Source of the DNA: Sphyrna mokarran
Taxonomy: Eukaryota
Length of the DNA: 64,000 nt
Assembly: GCA_024679065.1 (NCBI GenBank)
Contig: JAGIQG010000009.1
Span: 96,720,001 to 96,784,000 of the forward strand
Direction of reading: 5' to 3'
Part shown: positions 27,097 to 38,890 of the stretch, piece after piece
Position numbering within the stretch: the first letter of the stretch is position 1
Layout of the letters: each line of letters begins with the position of its first letter
The notes under the pieces: generated by a model
The model's input: only the letters and a program-made list of their open reading frames with translations
The model's database searches: none
What the model was told of the DNA's origin: nothing
Program-made: the position numbers and the translations under genes

Positions 27097-28303
27097 CTGC
27101 AAATATAATTAATGAAATGTTATTAAATAAGGTAAATATTGTTGCTTTATAGCTATGTAGTGCTTGTCTTTGACTTGAGGCCATGGAGCCAATAAGGAAA
27201 ATAGTCAAAAAGTACAATCACTTTCACCCTTGTATTCCAAAACTCTCTGTATTCCACAAAATCACATGACTTGTAAAGTGAAACGCCTTATATATTTAAG
27301 TAGCGTTCAACAATTCCCTACTTTGCACCGAAAAGCAGAAATTCGCCTTGGGTACATCACGTGAAAAAATCCTGGAAAATCTCAGCAGCTCTGACAGCAT
27401 CTGTGGAGAGAGAACACAGCTATTGTTTCTAGTCCAGTGACACTTCATCTGCTGTGACAAAGAGTCATCCAGACTCAAAACATTGGCTCTATTCTCTCCT
27501 CATAGGTGCTGTCAGAGCTCCTGAGATTTTCCAACGTTAGCTGTTGTTGTTTCACATTCCAGCGTCTGCAGTATTTTGCTTTTGCCCTGATGATTTCAGG
27601 TCATTTCTCTGTTACGTCAGGCAGCTGATCCCTCGAATACAATGCCTTTAATGAACAGCCAATCTAAAGCCACTCACTCTGCATCACCCTCCAATAATCT
27701 CTGCCCCTAACATTCTCAATGTGACTCAGACAGATTGCAATGTGCATGATGGAAGAGTTACACAGAAACAACAGCCTTCTTTCAAGGGACCAACTGGAAT
27801 CCATCATTCATATTGAATGATGTGGAGATGTCAATGTTGGATTGGGGTGGGCACAGTAAGAATTCTCACAACCCCCACATTCAAGACCAACAAGTTTATT
27901 TGGAATCCTGAGCTTTCAGAACCTCGGCTCCATCATCAGGAAAATTGAGAGGTAGGTTTTACAAATGCAGCATACATGTGCAAAGATGCAATTGCAACAT
28001 AACTGATAGAGAAGAATATAGACAGCTTCATTTACTGGTGGGGCAGTTCCATGCTGAAATGTCACCTGAATTATGTTTGAAGAGTTAGTCTAAAAGATTT
28101 TTTTTTATCTTATTGTAAATGTCAATCCACTTATTTTTATGGACATAATTTCTTCTCTGTCTTAGTGATGAAGGAATATCGGACAATACGCTGATATACT
28201 ACCCAATGCGCAACGGTCTGCTCCATTTTCGCAAAATTCAAAGAAAATGTTAGCAAATTCTAAACATTGATATATTTACTGCAAAGATATTAAATAATCT
28301 CAC

Positions 28304-28390
28304 CCCTCATTCTCCAGAAGGAAATAGCAATGATCACTGTCATAATGACCAGTCCTCTGACAATAAGCTGAACTGTAATTATCATTGAAC
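28304..28390 (-). CDS. ncr3: Gene A transmembrane exon (SMIITVQLIVRGLVIMTVIIAISFWRMR) with intramembrane Arg
   Basis: Acceptor tttttgttttgttctccattAG, donor G|GTGAGA, 87 nt phase 1-1; hydrophobic run containing Arg, as in NKp30 (LLLRAG). Confidence 0.85.
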
Positions 28391-29227
28391 CTAATGGAGA
28401 ACAAAACAAAAATTGGTTATCTTATCACCCCTCGTGTTTATCTCTCATTGTTTATGCTATTTTTGATTCACGGGATGTAGGCATCATTGGCTGGGCCATT
28501 ATTGTCCATCCCCAGTTGCCTTTTCCGAGGGCATTTCAGGGTCAACCACGTTGATGTGGGTTTGGAGTCACATGTTGGGCAGGATGGCAGATCCTGGTGA
28601 ACCAGATGACTCTTTCCAACAAGGGACAGATTCCAGATTTTCAGGAACAGTGGTGAGTCGAATGGTCGTCCCCAGTGTGTTAGACTGGTGCAGGGATAAT
28701 ACCATCCCACCCACTGCCTCATCTAACACAAAATGGGCAATAATCAATTAGCACATGGAAAGTAGGCAGCCAAGTCAACACACTTGACATATGAAAATGG
28801 TTGGGATTATATCCACATTAAAAACAACAGGCTGTATTATTTGGCAGCAAGCTTCATATTCCTTTCAATCTTTGGTATTTTCTGCCCACTGGGCTAAATT
28901 AAATGGACCTGAATTACATAATTGAGATAAGCAATCACTTCCATGTTGGCCACTTTTAAACACTGGTCAATAGATGGTGTTTTTCAAGCTCAACCAATGT
29001 CACATGTTAGGGTGACCTTTCAAAAGTCAGTGCAGATTCAATAAGCGAAACGGCTTCTTCTGCACTGCAGGCGTTCTATCAGTTCGATGCTTCTAACATC
29101 TTTGGAATATACGGGTTCGCTTTAATTGGATCTATACTAGTTGCCTCAACAAATTCATATGTAAACGAGATCTACAATCTGAATAAAGTGTTTTCGATTG
29201 GTGAATGGTTTATATTTCTGGCCTTAC

Positions 29228-29302
29228 GGCTTTGAGCTTTAACAACAGCAGAATACTCTGTTCTACATCTGCCATAATTAAAGACCATTCCCCGACCTTC
29301 TG
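29228..29302 (-). CDS. Gene A candidate stalk exon (TEGRGMVFNYGRCRTEYSAVVKAQS), one Cys
   Basis: Pyrimidine tract plus NAGNAG acceptor, donor C|GTAAGG, 75 nt open in phase 1-1, lies between the last V exon and the TM exon. Confidence 0.45.
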
Positions 29303-29359
29303 CTTTCGAGAGAAAACCAGACAGAGCTGCAGATCAGTTATTTTTTTTTGTTTAAGTAT

Positions 29360-29960
29360 TAAAGTTTTAAAATTTGTTTACTACTGTCATAGGTAAGCTT
29401 ACATTAACACTGCAATGAAGTTATTGTGAAAATCCCCTAGTCGTCACGGTCTGGCGCCTGTTCGGGTATGCTGAGGGAAAATTTAGCATGGCCAATCCAC
29501 CTAAGCAACATACCTTTTGAACCATGGGGGGAAAATCAGAGCATCTAGAGGAAACCCATACAGGCACGGGGAGAACGTACAAACTCCCCACAGACAGTGA
29601 CCCCAGCCAGGAATTGAACTTGGATCCCTGGCATTGTGAGATAGCAGTGCACAGTGATGCTGCCTCACAGCTCTATGGACAATGGATTCGATTCCCGGAT
29701 TGGATCACTGACTGTGTGGGGTCTGCACATTAGCCCCATGTTTACAAGGGTTTCCGTTGGGTGCTCCGGTTTACTCCCACAGTCCAAAGATTTGTGGGTT
29801 TGGTTCATTGGCCATGATAAATAGCCCATTAGTGTCCCATTGATTAGAGGGATTCACAGGGTAAATATGTGGGGTTATGAAGATAGGGCCTGGGTGGAAT
29901 TGTTCTTGGTGCAGATTCAATGAGCTGAATGGCCTCCTTCTGCACTGTAGGGTTTCAATG
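29360..29960. mobile_element. Head-to-head HE1 SINE pair in a gene A intron
   Basis: Minus copy 29360-29650 abuts plus copy 29650-29960. Confidence 0.75.
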
Positions 29961-30614
29961 CTTCCTATTGTTCTTTTAGCTATGTCCTGGGTGTCACTGG
30001 CTAGATCAGTATTTATTTTCCTTAGCCCTCTTCTATACTGAATCATTTCTATATTCCTATGGATTCAATTCCAATTTGAGTTGCTTTTTTCAGTCCAAGT
30101 CCTAATTAGCCTTGAGAAAGTGGTGGTGAGCCACCTTCTTCTACCTCTGCAGTGCCCCTGGTGTAGGTACAGCCACAATGCTGTTAGAGAGGAGATTCTA
30201 GGATTTTGACCCAGCAACAGTAAAGGAACGGTCTATATATTCCCAACTCAGGATGGTGTGTGTATTGGAGGGGAATCTTCAACGGGTGGTGGTGTTCCTC
30301 TGCACCTATTGTCCTGTTTTGAAAGGGGTTAGAGGTCGAAGTGTGGAAGGTAGTGCCTGAGGAGCCTTGGTGAGTTGCTGCATTGCATCTTGTAGATGGT
30401 ACGCATGACTGCCACTGTGTGTAGGTGGTGGAGGCGTGAATGTTTGTGGATGGGGTGCCAGTCAAGCAAGGCTGCTTTGTCCTGGGTGGTTTTGAGCTTC
30501 TTGATTGAATGGCATTCATCCAATCAAGTGAAGTGTATAAATAGTATAAGAGATGATGAGATCTATGAGGAAAAGTCCTGAAGAAGAATTGGACAGGCTC
30601 AAACTAATGGATAA

Positions 30615-30850
30615 AAGCAAAATAATGCGGATGCTGGAATCTGAAGCCAGAAGAAAAAATGCTGGAAAATCTCAGCAGATCTGGCAGCATCTGCGAGGAG
30701 AGAAAAGAGCTGACGTTTTGAGTCCAGATGACCCTTTATCAAAGCTCGAAACTAACCCCTTTTTTTCTCCAGGTGCTACCAAACCTGCAGAAATTTGCAG
30801 ACATTTTCAGATTACATTTCAGATTCTCGCTACCTGCCATATTTTGCTTT
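30615..30850. repeat. Palindromic Penelope-derived short repeat (copies ~1040-1130, 19700-19880, 27365-27585, 42560-42685, 45575-45770, 49785-49975)
   Basis: aaatgctggaaaatctcagcag.tctggcagcatctg … cagatgctgccagacctgctgagattttccagcattt inverted arms. Confidence 0.6.
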
Positions 30851-31456
30851 TACGCTCAAAGTTATCTTGCTTGTGTTGCACCTCATCAAGTCAAATTTAA
30901 TCCCAGTCAGTATCCCAGTTATTTGTATGATTATATTCCCTCTTCAATGGGGCTAAGATGTAAATTCACAATTGGAATATACCACATTGACATCAATTTG
31001 GATGGGATTCAGTCGGAGATGAAATCAGTTCATTATAGGGTCTGATCATCCAACCATTAGTCACATTTAAAAGAAGGATTCTTTCTTAGAGTTACATATC
31101 CAATGAGCAGAGTGGATGGGGTTAACTCTTAATCCATCCTCGCACTTGCTCTGAAAAGCAACTCAAATTCAAATTGAATGCATAAAACAATGGTAGAGTG
31201 CAGAAAGGGATATTTCAGTTCATTCCATCCTCACCTATCCAAAGACACCCTGGTGCGCTTTCTGACCCCATCCTCCTGCACACAGTCCATAACCCTGCAG
31301 CTTTCAACACTTAAGGTGCAGATCCAATTCATGGTCCTAACAAAAGAGGCATAGAAGATTCAAGCCAACAAGAGCAGGCATTGTATTTCATCTCAGTTTT
31401 GATCCTGCTCCTGATCTTCACCAAAATCTTAACACACATAAAAATGAATCACTTAC

Positions 31457-31798
31457 TTCTCACAATGAGAAGGGTTCCACCACCATATTCCACACCCAGT
31501 AGCATCATCACCACTTCACAGTAATACATCCCGGAATCCTTCAGTCTTACATCCTTGATGAGAATGGAGGCATCTCTGGCACTTCCAAAATGCTCACTGG
31601 CTCTGTAGATCCGCCCTCTGTATGAAGCTGTCCCGTTGGAAACTTCAGTTCCATTCCTTGTGTCTCTGTACCAGCTATAAGAGCCTATCGCCTTGGAGAT
31701 GTTGGCTGTGTAGTCACAGGGCAGGAGCACTGTCTGCCCTTCCTCAGCCAGAATAGTGGGCAGCTTTTGTTCAACTGCAAACATCTCAGCTTCAATTC
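31457..31798 (-). CDS. ncr3: Gene A IgV exon (4th, membrane-proximal)
   Basis: 342-bp phase 1-1 exon, donor A|GTAAGT; EVSNGT..YRGR..IKDVRLKDSGMYYC..YGGGTLLIV; most NKp30-like and most divergent of the four. Confidence 0.93.
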
Positions 31799-33406
31799 CT
31801 GCAAACGAGAAAAGTTCAGGTTATTTGCTTTGAGGTTGTGGCTTTGACAGTCAGTCCAGTGAGTAAATATCTCAATCCATAATTATACAATCATAGTCAA
31901 TGAACTTTGGAAAAAGTGAAAGGCGTTGTGAGCAACTAAACATTGCAGCATTTTTTTAAATTCTGTCATGGCCAATGTCGTTCTTGCTGGCCGGGCCAGA
32001 GTTTTCTGCCCATCACTAATTGCCATAAGGAAGGTGATGGTGACTTGCCTTTTTGAACCTCTGCAGTCAATTAGGTGGACGTACAACTGCAGTGCTGTCC
32101 GGGAGCTAGTTCTGGGATTTTGCCCTAAGCAACTATAAAAGAACAGTGATATCTTTCCGTTCAGGGTGGTGGGTGACTGACAGGGAAACATCAGGAGGTG
32201 GTGTTCCCACATCTCTGCCGCCCTTGCCCTTCTAGATGTTGGAACAGAAGTATGAGTTTGCAAGAAGCTTTAGTGAGTTGCTGCAGTGTATCTGGTAGAT
32301 GGTACACATGGCTGGCAAGGTACATTAATGGTGGTGAATAGATGTTGAAGATGATGGATGGGGTGCCAATTAAGTGGGTTGCTTTGTCCTGGATGGTAGA
32401 GTTGCTTGAGCCTTGTTGGAACTACACTCATTCATGTAAGTGGAGAGTATCAAAGGTTTTACTGGTGATAAAACTATCTTCTTGTTTTGAATCATCAGCA
32501 ACTCAGATTTACTAGACAGATCTTGATTATTTTAAATGATTAAAATTTCTCATCACTGGAGTTGAGAATTAGGAACATAGGAAATAGAAGCAGAAATAGG
32601 CCATTTGGCCCTTCAAGCCCGTTCTGCCGATTCTTATTTTTTATTCAGTTGTGGGACAGGGACATTGCTGGCCGGTCAGCATTGATTGGCCATCCCTAGT
32701 TGCCCGGGAACTGAATGGCTTGCTCACCATTTCAAAGGGCAGTTGACAGTCAATCACATTGCTGGGCCTCTGGAATCACATGTAGGCCAGACCGAGTAAG
32801 GACAAGAGATTTCCTCCTCTGAATTAGTGGATGGGTTTTTCCGATAATCAACAATAGTTTGATGGTCATCGGTATTCCAGATTTTTTTATTGATTTCAAA
32901 TTCCACCAGCTGCCATGGTGGGATTTGAACCCGTGGCCCCAGAATATTAGCTGAGTTTCTGGATTAATATTCAAGCAGTAATACAACCATCAACTCCCAA
33001 CACATTTCATGATCATGACTGATCATCAAATTCAACATCTGATTCCACCTTCACCATATATCCCTTGATCCCTCTAGCCCCAAGAACTATATTTATATTT
33101 CTTCTTGAAACTGGCTTCAATTATTTTCGAATTTCACAATCTGGATTTACTGCATCAAAGCCACTAGAGTGATAGCCTCATGGAACATTAGAATACAGCA
33201 AGAGGCCCTTCGGCCCAGTGTGTTGTGCTGGCCATCAAGAGCCCATTGATTTTAATCCAATTTTCCTGCAGTTACTATCTAGTCAAGTATGCTTTGACTT
33301 TACAACTGCTCATCTAAATGCTTCTGGCCAAGGTTCAGTCAGAGATAAGGCCACAGCTCTAAAGGTTTGAATGTCCCAGATCAATGCATGCAGTCGAATA
33401 GCATAC

Positions 33407-33748
33407 TTTTCACAATGAGATGTGTTCTTGCACCATATTTCACACCCAGTTGCAATATCACCACTTCACAGTAATACACTCCGGAATCCTTCACTGTCAC
33501 ATCCTTGATGAGGATAGAGGCATTGCCAGCATTCCCAAAATCCTCACTGATCCTGTAGATCCTCCCTCCGTATGAAGCTGTCTCATTGGAAACTTCAGTT
33601 CCATTCCTTGTGTCTCTGTACCAGCTATAAGAGCCTATCGCCTTAGACACATTGGCTGTGTAGTCACAGGGCAGGAGCACTGTCTGCCCTTCCTCAGCCA
33701 GAACAGTGGGCAGCTTTTGTACAACTGCAAACATCTCAGCTTCAATTC
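33407..33748 (-). CDS. ncr3: Gene A IgV exon (3rd)
   Basis: 342-bp phase 1-1 exon, AG/GT boundaries, intact IgV motifs; G-strand reads GART instead of GxGT. Confidence 0.92.
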
Positions 33749-35325
33749 CTGCAAACGAGAAAAGTTCAGGTTACTTGTTTTGTGGTTGTGACTTTGTCCA
33801 GTGAGAAAATATCTCAATGTTTCCTTCATTGTACAACTGGTTTCAGTGAACCATCTGGCAAACACTGCAAGGAATCGAGAACAACTGGAAACTGGACAAT
33901 TTTTTAAAAATCTTTTCATGGGCAATGGGGCATCACTGTCAATGCCTGCATTTGTTACCCATTCCTAATTGCCCTGGGACGTTTTAGAGGGCTGTGAAGT
34001 GTTAGCCCACATTGAGATAACATGCAGACCAGGCTGTATAAGAGCGTCTTTCCCCAAAATCACAGATGGGTTTATCCAACAACCCATCATAGGTTCCCAG
34101 TCACCATTACTGGGACTAGCTTCATATTTCAGATTTTATTAAAAATTGAATCCGTACCACAAAAGCTGTCATGGTGGGAATAGAAATTGGTGTCATAGAG
34201 ATTTATAGCACGGAAACAGGTCCTCTGGCCCAACTTGTCCATGCCACCTACTTTTAACCACTAAGTTTTTAACCACTAACCCAATTAAGTGGGTTGCTTT
34301 GTCCTGGATGGTCAAATTGTTTGAGTCTTGTTGGAGCTACACTCAACCACCTAACTTTAAAGTATCGAAGGTGTTACTGATGGTGAAACTATCCTCTTGT
34401 TTTGAATCCTCAGCAAATAGGTTTACTTCTAGACAGAACTTGATTATTTTAAATGATTAAAATTTCTCATCAATGGAGTTGAGAATTAGGAACGTAGAAA
34501 ATAGAAGCAGAAATAGGCCATTTGGCCATTCAAGCCCGTTCTGCCGATTCTTATTTTTATATTCATTTGTGGGACAGGGACATTGCTGGCCGCTGAGCAT
34601 TGATTGGCCATCCCTAGTTGCCCGGGAACTGAATGGCTCGCTCGGTCATTTCAAAGGGCAGTTGACAGTCAATCACATTGCTGGGCCTCTGGAATCACAT
34701 GTAGGCCAGAGCGAGTAAGGGCAGGAGATTTCCTTCCCTGAATTAGTGAATCGGCTTTTCCGCAATCAACAATGGTTTCATGGTCGTCGATATTCCAGAT
34801 ATTTTGTATTGAATTCAAATTCCACCAGCTGCAATGATGGGATTTGAACCCGTGGCCCCAGAACATTAGCTGAGTTTCTGGATTAATAGTCGAGCAATAA
34901 TACTACCATCAACTCCCAACTTATTTCATGATCATGGCTGATCATCAAATGCAGCATCTGATTCCACCTTCACCCCATATCCCTTGATCCCTTCAGCTCT
35001 AAGAGTTATATCTATATTTCTTCTTGAAATTGGCCTCAACTATTTTTGAATTTCACAATCTGGATTTACTGCATCAAAGTCATTCTGTGATAGCCTCGTG
35101 GAACATTAGAACACAGCAAGAGGCCCTTCAGCCCAGCGTATCTGTGCTGACCATCAAGAGCCCATTGATTTTAATCCAATTTTCCTGCAGTTACTTCCTA
35201 GTCAAGTATGCTTTGATTTTTCAACTGCTCATCTAAATGCTTCTGGCCAAGGTTCAGTCAGAGATAAGGCCACAGCTCTAAAAATTTGAATGTCCCATAT
35301 CAATGCATGCAGTCGAATAGCATAC

Positions 35326-35667
35326 TTTTCACAGTGAGATGTGTTCCTGCACCATATTTCACACCCAGTTGCAACATCACCACTTCACAGTAATACACTC
35401 CGGAATCCTTCACTGTCACATCTTTGATGAGGATAGAGGCATCGCCGGCATTCCCAAAATCCTCACTGATCCTGTAGATCCTCCCTCTGTATGAAGCTGT
35501 CTCATTGGAAACTTCAGTTCCATTCCTTGTGTCTCTGTACCAGCTATAAGAGCCTATCGCCTTAGACACATTGGCTGTGTAGTCACAGGGAAGGAGCACT
35601 GTCTGCCCTTCCTCAGCCAGAGCAGTGGGCAGCTTTTGTACAACTGCAAACATCTCAGCTTCAATTC
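35326..35667 (-). CDS. ncr3: Gene A IgV exon (2nd)
   Basis: 342-bp phase 1-1 exon, AG/GT boundaries, canonical Cys-Trp-Cys, DSGVYYC and GAGT motifs. Confidence 0.92.
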
Positions 35668-36555
35668 CTGCAAACGAGAAAAGTTCAGGTTACTTGTTTT
35701 GTGGTTGTGACTTTGTCCAGTGAGTAAATATCTCAATGTTTCCTTCATTGTACAACTGGTTTCAGTGAACCACCTGGCAAACACAGCAAGGAATTGAGAA
35801 CAACTGGAAACTGGACAATTTTTTAAGAAATCTTTTCATGGGCAATGGGGCATCACTATCAATGCCTGCATTTGTTACCCATCCCTAATTGCCCTGGGAT
35901 GTTTTAGAGGGCAGTGAAGGGTTAGCCACATTAACATAACCAGGCTGTATAAGAGCGTCTTTCCCCAAAATCACAGATGGGCTTAGCTAACAATCCATCA
36001 TAGGTTCCCAGTCACCATTACTGAGACTAGCTTCATATTTCAGATTTTATTAAAAATTGAATCCGTACTGCAAAAGCTGTGATGATGGGAATAGAAATTG
36101 GTGTCATAGAGATTTACAGCATGGAAACAGATCCACCATCAACTCCCAACACATTTCATGATCACGGCTGATCATCAAATTCAACATCTGATTCCACCTT
36201 CACCCTATATCTCTTGATCCCTTCAGCTCTAAGAGTTATATCTATATTTCTTCTTGAAATTGGCCTCAACTACTTTTGAATTTCACAATCTGGATTTACT
36301 GCATCAAATTCATTCTGTGGTAGCCTCATGGAACATTAGGACGCAGCAAGAGGCCCTTTGGTCCAGCGTATCTGTGCTGACCATCAAGAGCCCATTGATT
36401 TTAATCCAATTTTCCTGCAGTTACTTCCTAGCCAAGAATGCTTTGACTTTACAACTGCTCATCTAAATGCTTCTGGCCAAGGTTCAGTCAGAGATAAGGC
36501 CACAGCTCTAAAAATTTGAATGTCCCATATCAATGCATGCAGTCGAATAGCATAC

Positions 36556-36897
36556 TTTTCACGGTGAGATGTGTTCCTGCACCATATTTCACACCCAGTT
36601 GCAACATCACCACTTCACAGTAATACACTCTGGAATCCTTCACTGTCACATCTTTGATGAGGATAGAGGCATCGCCGGCATTCCCAAAATCCTCACTGAT
36701 CCTGTAGATCCTCCCTCTGTATGAAGCTGTCTCATTGGAAACTTCAGTTCCATTCCTTGTGTCTCTGTACCAGCTATAAGAGCCTATCGCCTTAGAGACA
36801 TTGGCTGTGTAGTCACAGGGCAGGAGCACTGTCTGCCCTTCCTCAGCCAGAATAGTGGGCAGCTTTTGTACAACTGCAAACATCTCAGCTTCAATTC
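36556..36897 (-). CDS. ncr3: Gene A IgV exon (1st, N-terminal), NKp30-like VJ-type domain
   Basis: Acceptor cttttctcgtttgcAG, donor A|GTATGC; LPC..AIGSYSWYRD..GTEVSNET..YRGR..IKDV..DSRVYYC..YGAGT matches the NKp30 pattern (LPC/AIGSVTWFRD/GKEVRNGT/FRGR/IRDVR/YVC/GNGT). Confidence 0.92.
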
Positions 36898-37349
36898 CTG
36901 CAAACGAGAAAAGTTCAGGTTACTTGTTTTGTGGTTGTGACTTTGTCCAGTGAGTAAATATCTCCATGTTTCCTTAATTATACAATGGGATTCAGTGTGC
37001 CACCTGGCTAACACAGCAAGGAATTAAGAACAACTGGAAACTGGACAATGTTCCTTTTAATTTTTTTTCATGGGCAATGGGACAACACTGTCAATGCCTG
37101 CATTTGTTACCCATCCCTAATTGCCCTGGGACATTTTAGAGGGCTATGAAGGGTTAGCCACATTAAGATAACATGCAGACCAGGGTGTATAAGTGCGTAT
37201 TTCCCCAAAATCACATTAGTGAGACAGATGGGTTTATCCAACAATCCATCAAATGTTCCCAATCACCATTGCTGAGACTAGCTTTATATTTCAGATTTTA
37301 TTAATTGAATCCTAGTGCAGAAGCTGTCATGGTGGGAGTAGAAATTGGT

Positions 37350-37850
37350 GTCATAGAGGTTTACAGCATAGAAACCGGTCTTCTGGTCCAACTTGTCCAT
37401 GCTGCTAGTTTTTTACCACTAAGCTAGTCCTAATTGCCCACATTTGGTCCATATCCCTCTACACCCACCTTACCCATAACTGTCTAAAGCTTCTTAAAAG
37501 ACAAAATTGTACCACATCTACTACTACTTCTGGCAGCTTATTCCAGACACTCACTACCCTCTGAGTGCAAGAGTTGCCTCTCCAGACCCTTTTGGAATTC
37601 TTCCCTCTCACCTGAAGTCTATGCCCTCTAATTTTTAGACTCCCTGAGCTTTGGGGAAAGATGATGACTATCTCCCTTATCTATGCTCTCATTTTTTAAT
37701 AGACCTCTATAAGATCACCTCAGCTCCCGAGGCTCCAGGGAAAAAAAGAATCAGTCTATCCAGCCCTTCCTTATAATGAAACCATAAGTCCGGTAACATC
37801 CTAGTAAATCTCTTCTGTGTGCTTTCTAGTTTAATAATATCCTTTCTATG
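37350..37850 (-). mobile_element. CR1 3' fragment in gene A intron 1
   Basis: Similar to 19890-20380 and 70-430. Confidence 0.75.
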
Positions 37851-38847
37851 TGCTTAGAGCATTAACCTGCGCCACTGGATAATAAATCCATCAGCACTAT
37901 GATTATTTTCAGTGACTTTTTATTTGGTTGCAAAAAATAGACTTTATTTCTAAAATATCTGAAAGAGATCATAGAATCCTTATAGTGCAGAAGGAGGCCA
38001 TTCAGCCCATTGACTGTCCAACAGAGCATCTTGCCTAGGCTCACCCTTGTCTCATTCCCTTAACCTCACTAAACTACATATATTTGGAAACTAGGGGTAT
38101 GTCTAATCCATCTAACCTATACACCTTTTCACTGTGGCACAAATCTGGAGCACCTGAAAGAGACCCACAAGACATGGGGAGAACATACAAACTCCACACA
38201 GATAATCACTCAAGGTTGGAAGTGAACCCAGCCCCTGGCACTGTCAGCCTTACTAACCACTATGGCACTGACAAACTTTTCAAAATGGCATCACAGAGAG
38301 TGCAATAATATCGAAGTTCCCTACATAGAGTAAGTTGCACGCTGAGGTGCCTCAATGTAACCTAAAGAAACATTACAAGTATTTCAAAATGGTTATTACT
38401 AGTGGTGCACTTGTATTTATGTTTTCTATATTGATTAAGTTGCTATCTGAGGTGCTTCAATACAATTCTGATACATGTAATGTTCAATTCCAGTCATACA
38501 ATCCTAAGGGATCTGTACAATTCACCTGCCTTCAGTGCACTCTGACTGAAAAATCATAGATAGTCGCCATCCCTTTTTGCATCTATATGGTGGCAGCCCC
38601 AAAGCTTTGGTGCATCTCTGGGGATACTGTTCTGGGCATGGCAAAATGCGAGTCTGCAAGACTCAGTTGGGAATAGCTCTTTGTACTGGAAAACACGTTT
38701 TGGCCAGACTAAAGGGTTTCTTTCAATGAGTAGATAATCCTGGTCGATCCATCAACATCTCCTTCTTGACAAAATATCTCAAAATGATAACTGGAAGTAT
38801 TTAGCAGATCTACGTATAAGACTGGAATAAATGAAGATTGTACTCAC

Positions 38848-38890
38848 CAGAAAGAGGAATTAGTATGCACATGATGTGGATTGGATTCAT
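38848..38890 (-). CDS. ncr3: Gene A exon 1: leader peptide MNPIHIMCILIPLS(G) of NKp30/NCR3-like receptor
   Basis: ATG at 38890, 43-nt hydrophobic leader ending G|GTGAGT (phase 1); splices in frame to the GA-ATT-GAA-GCT-GAG-ATG start of the V exons; same 43-nt length as the leaders at 43181 and 63297. Confidence 0.85.

Larger units (their letters stand above)
32367..37400. repeat. Tandem segmental duplication carrying the gene A V exons (periods 1919 and 1230 bp)
   Basis: Intron sequence 32367-34270 is repeated at 34281-36130, and a shorter unit occurs at 36135-37400. Confidence 0.9.

Noticed and set aside
27940-28035. Hydrophobic minus-strand stretch MKLSIFFSISYVAIASLHMYAAFVK as a TM exon
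   Set aside because: Preceded by an in-frame stop, no phase-compatible acceptor, partly Penelope-derived; a better TM exon exists at 28304-28390
31097-31150. Minus-strand acceptor giving a short secreted tail KQVRGWIKS*
   Set aside because: Only an AG with a modest pyrimidine tract; no independent support
35330-35336. CACAGTG heptamer near the end of a V exon suggesting RAG-rearranging V segments (Ig/TCR locus)
   Set aside because: No ACAAAAACC nonamer at 12/23 spacing; the heptamer is inside the exon; the V exons already encode the J-like G strand and end at splice donors, so they are germline-joined VJ domains
31449-36883. Treating the four V ORFs (starting MFAV) as four separate genes
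   Set aside because: Each ATG lies 14 nt inside a spliced exon; no leaders or TM exons lie between them; one leader is upstream and one TM downstream
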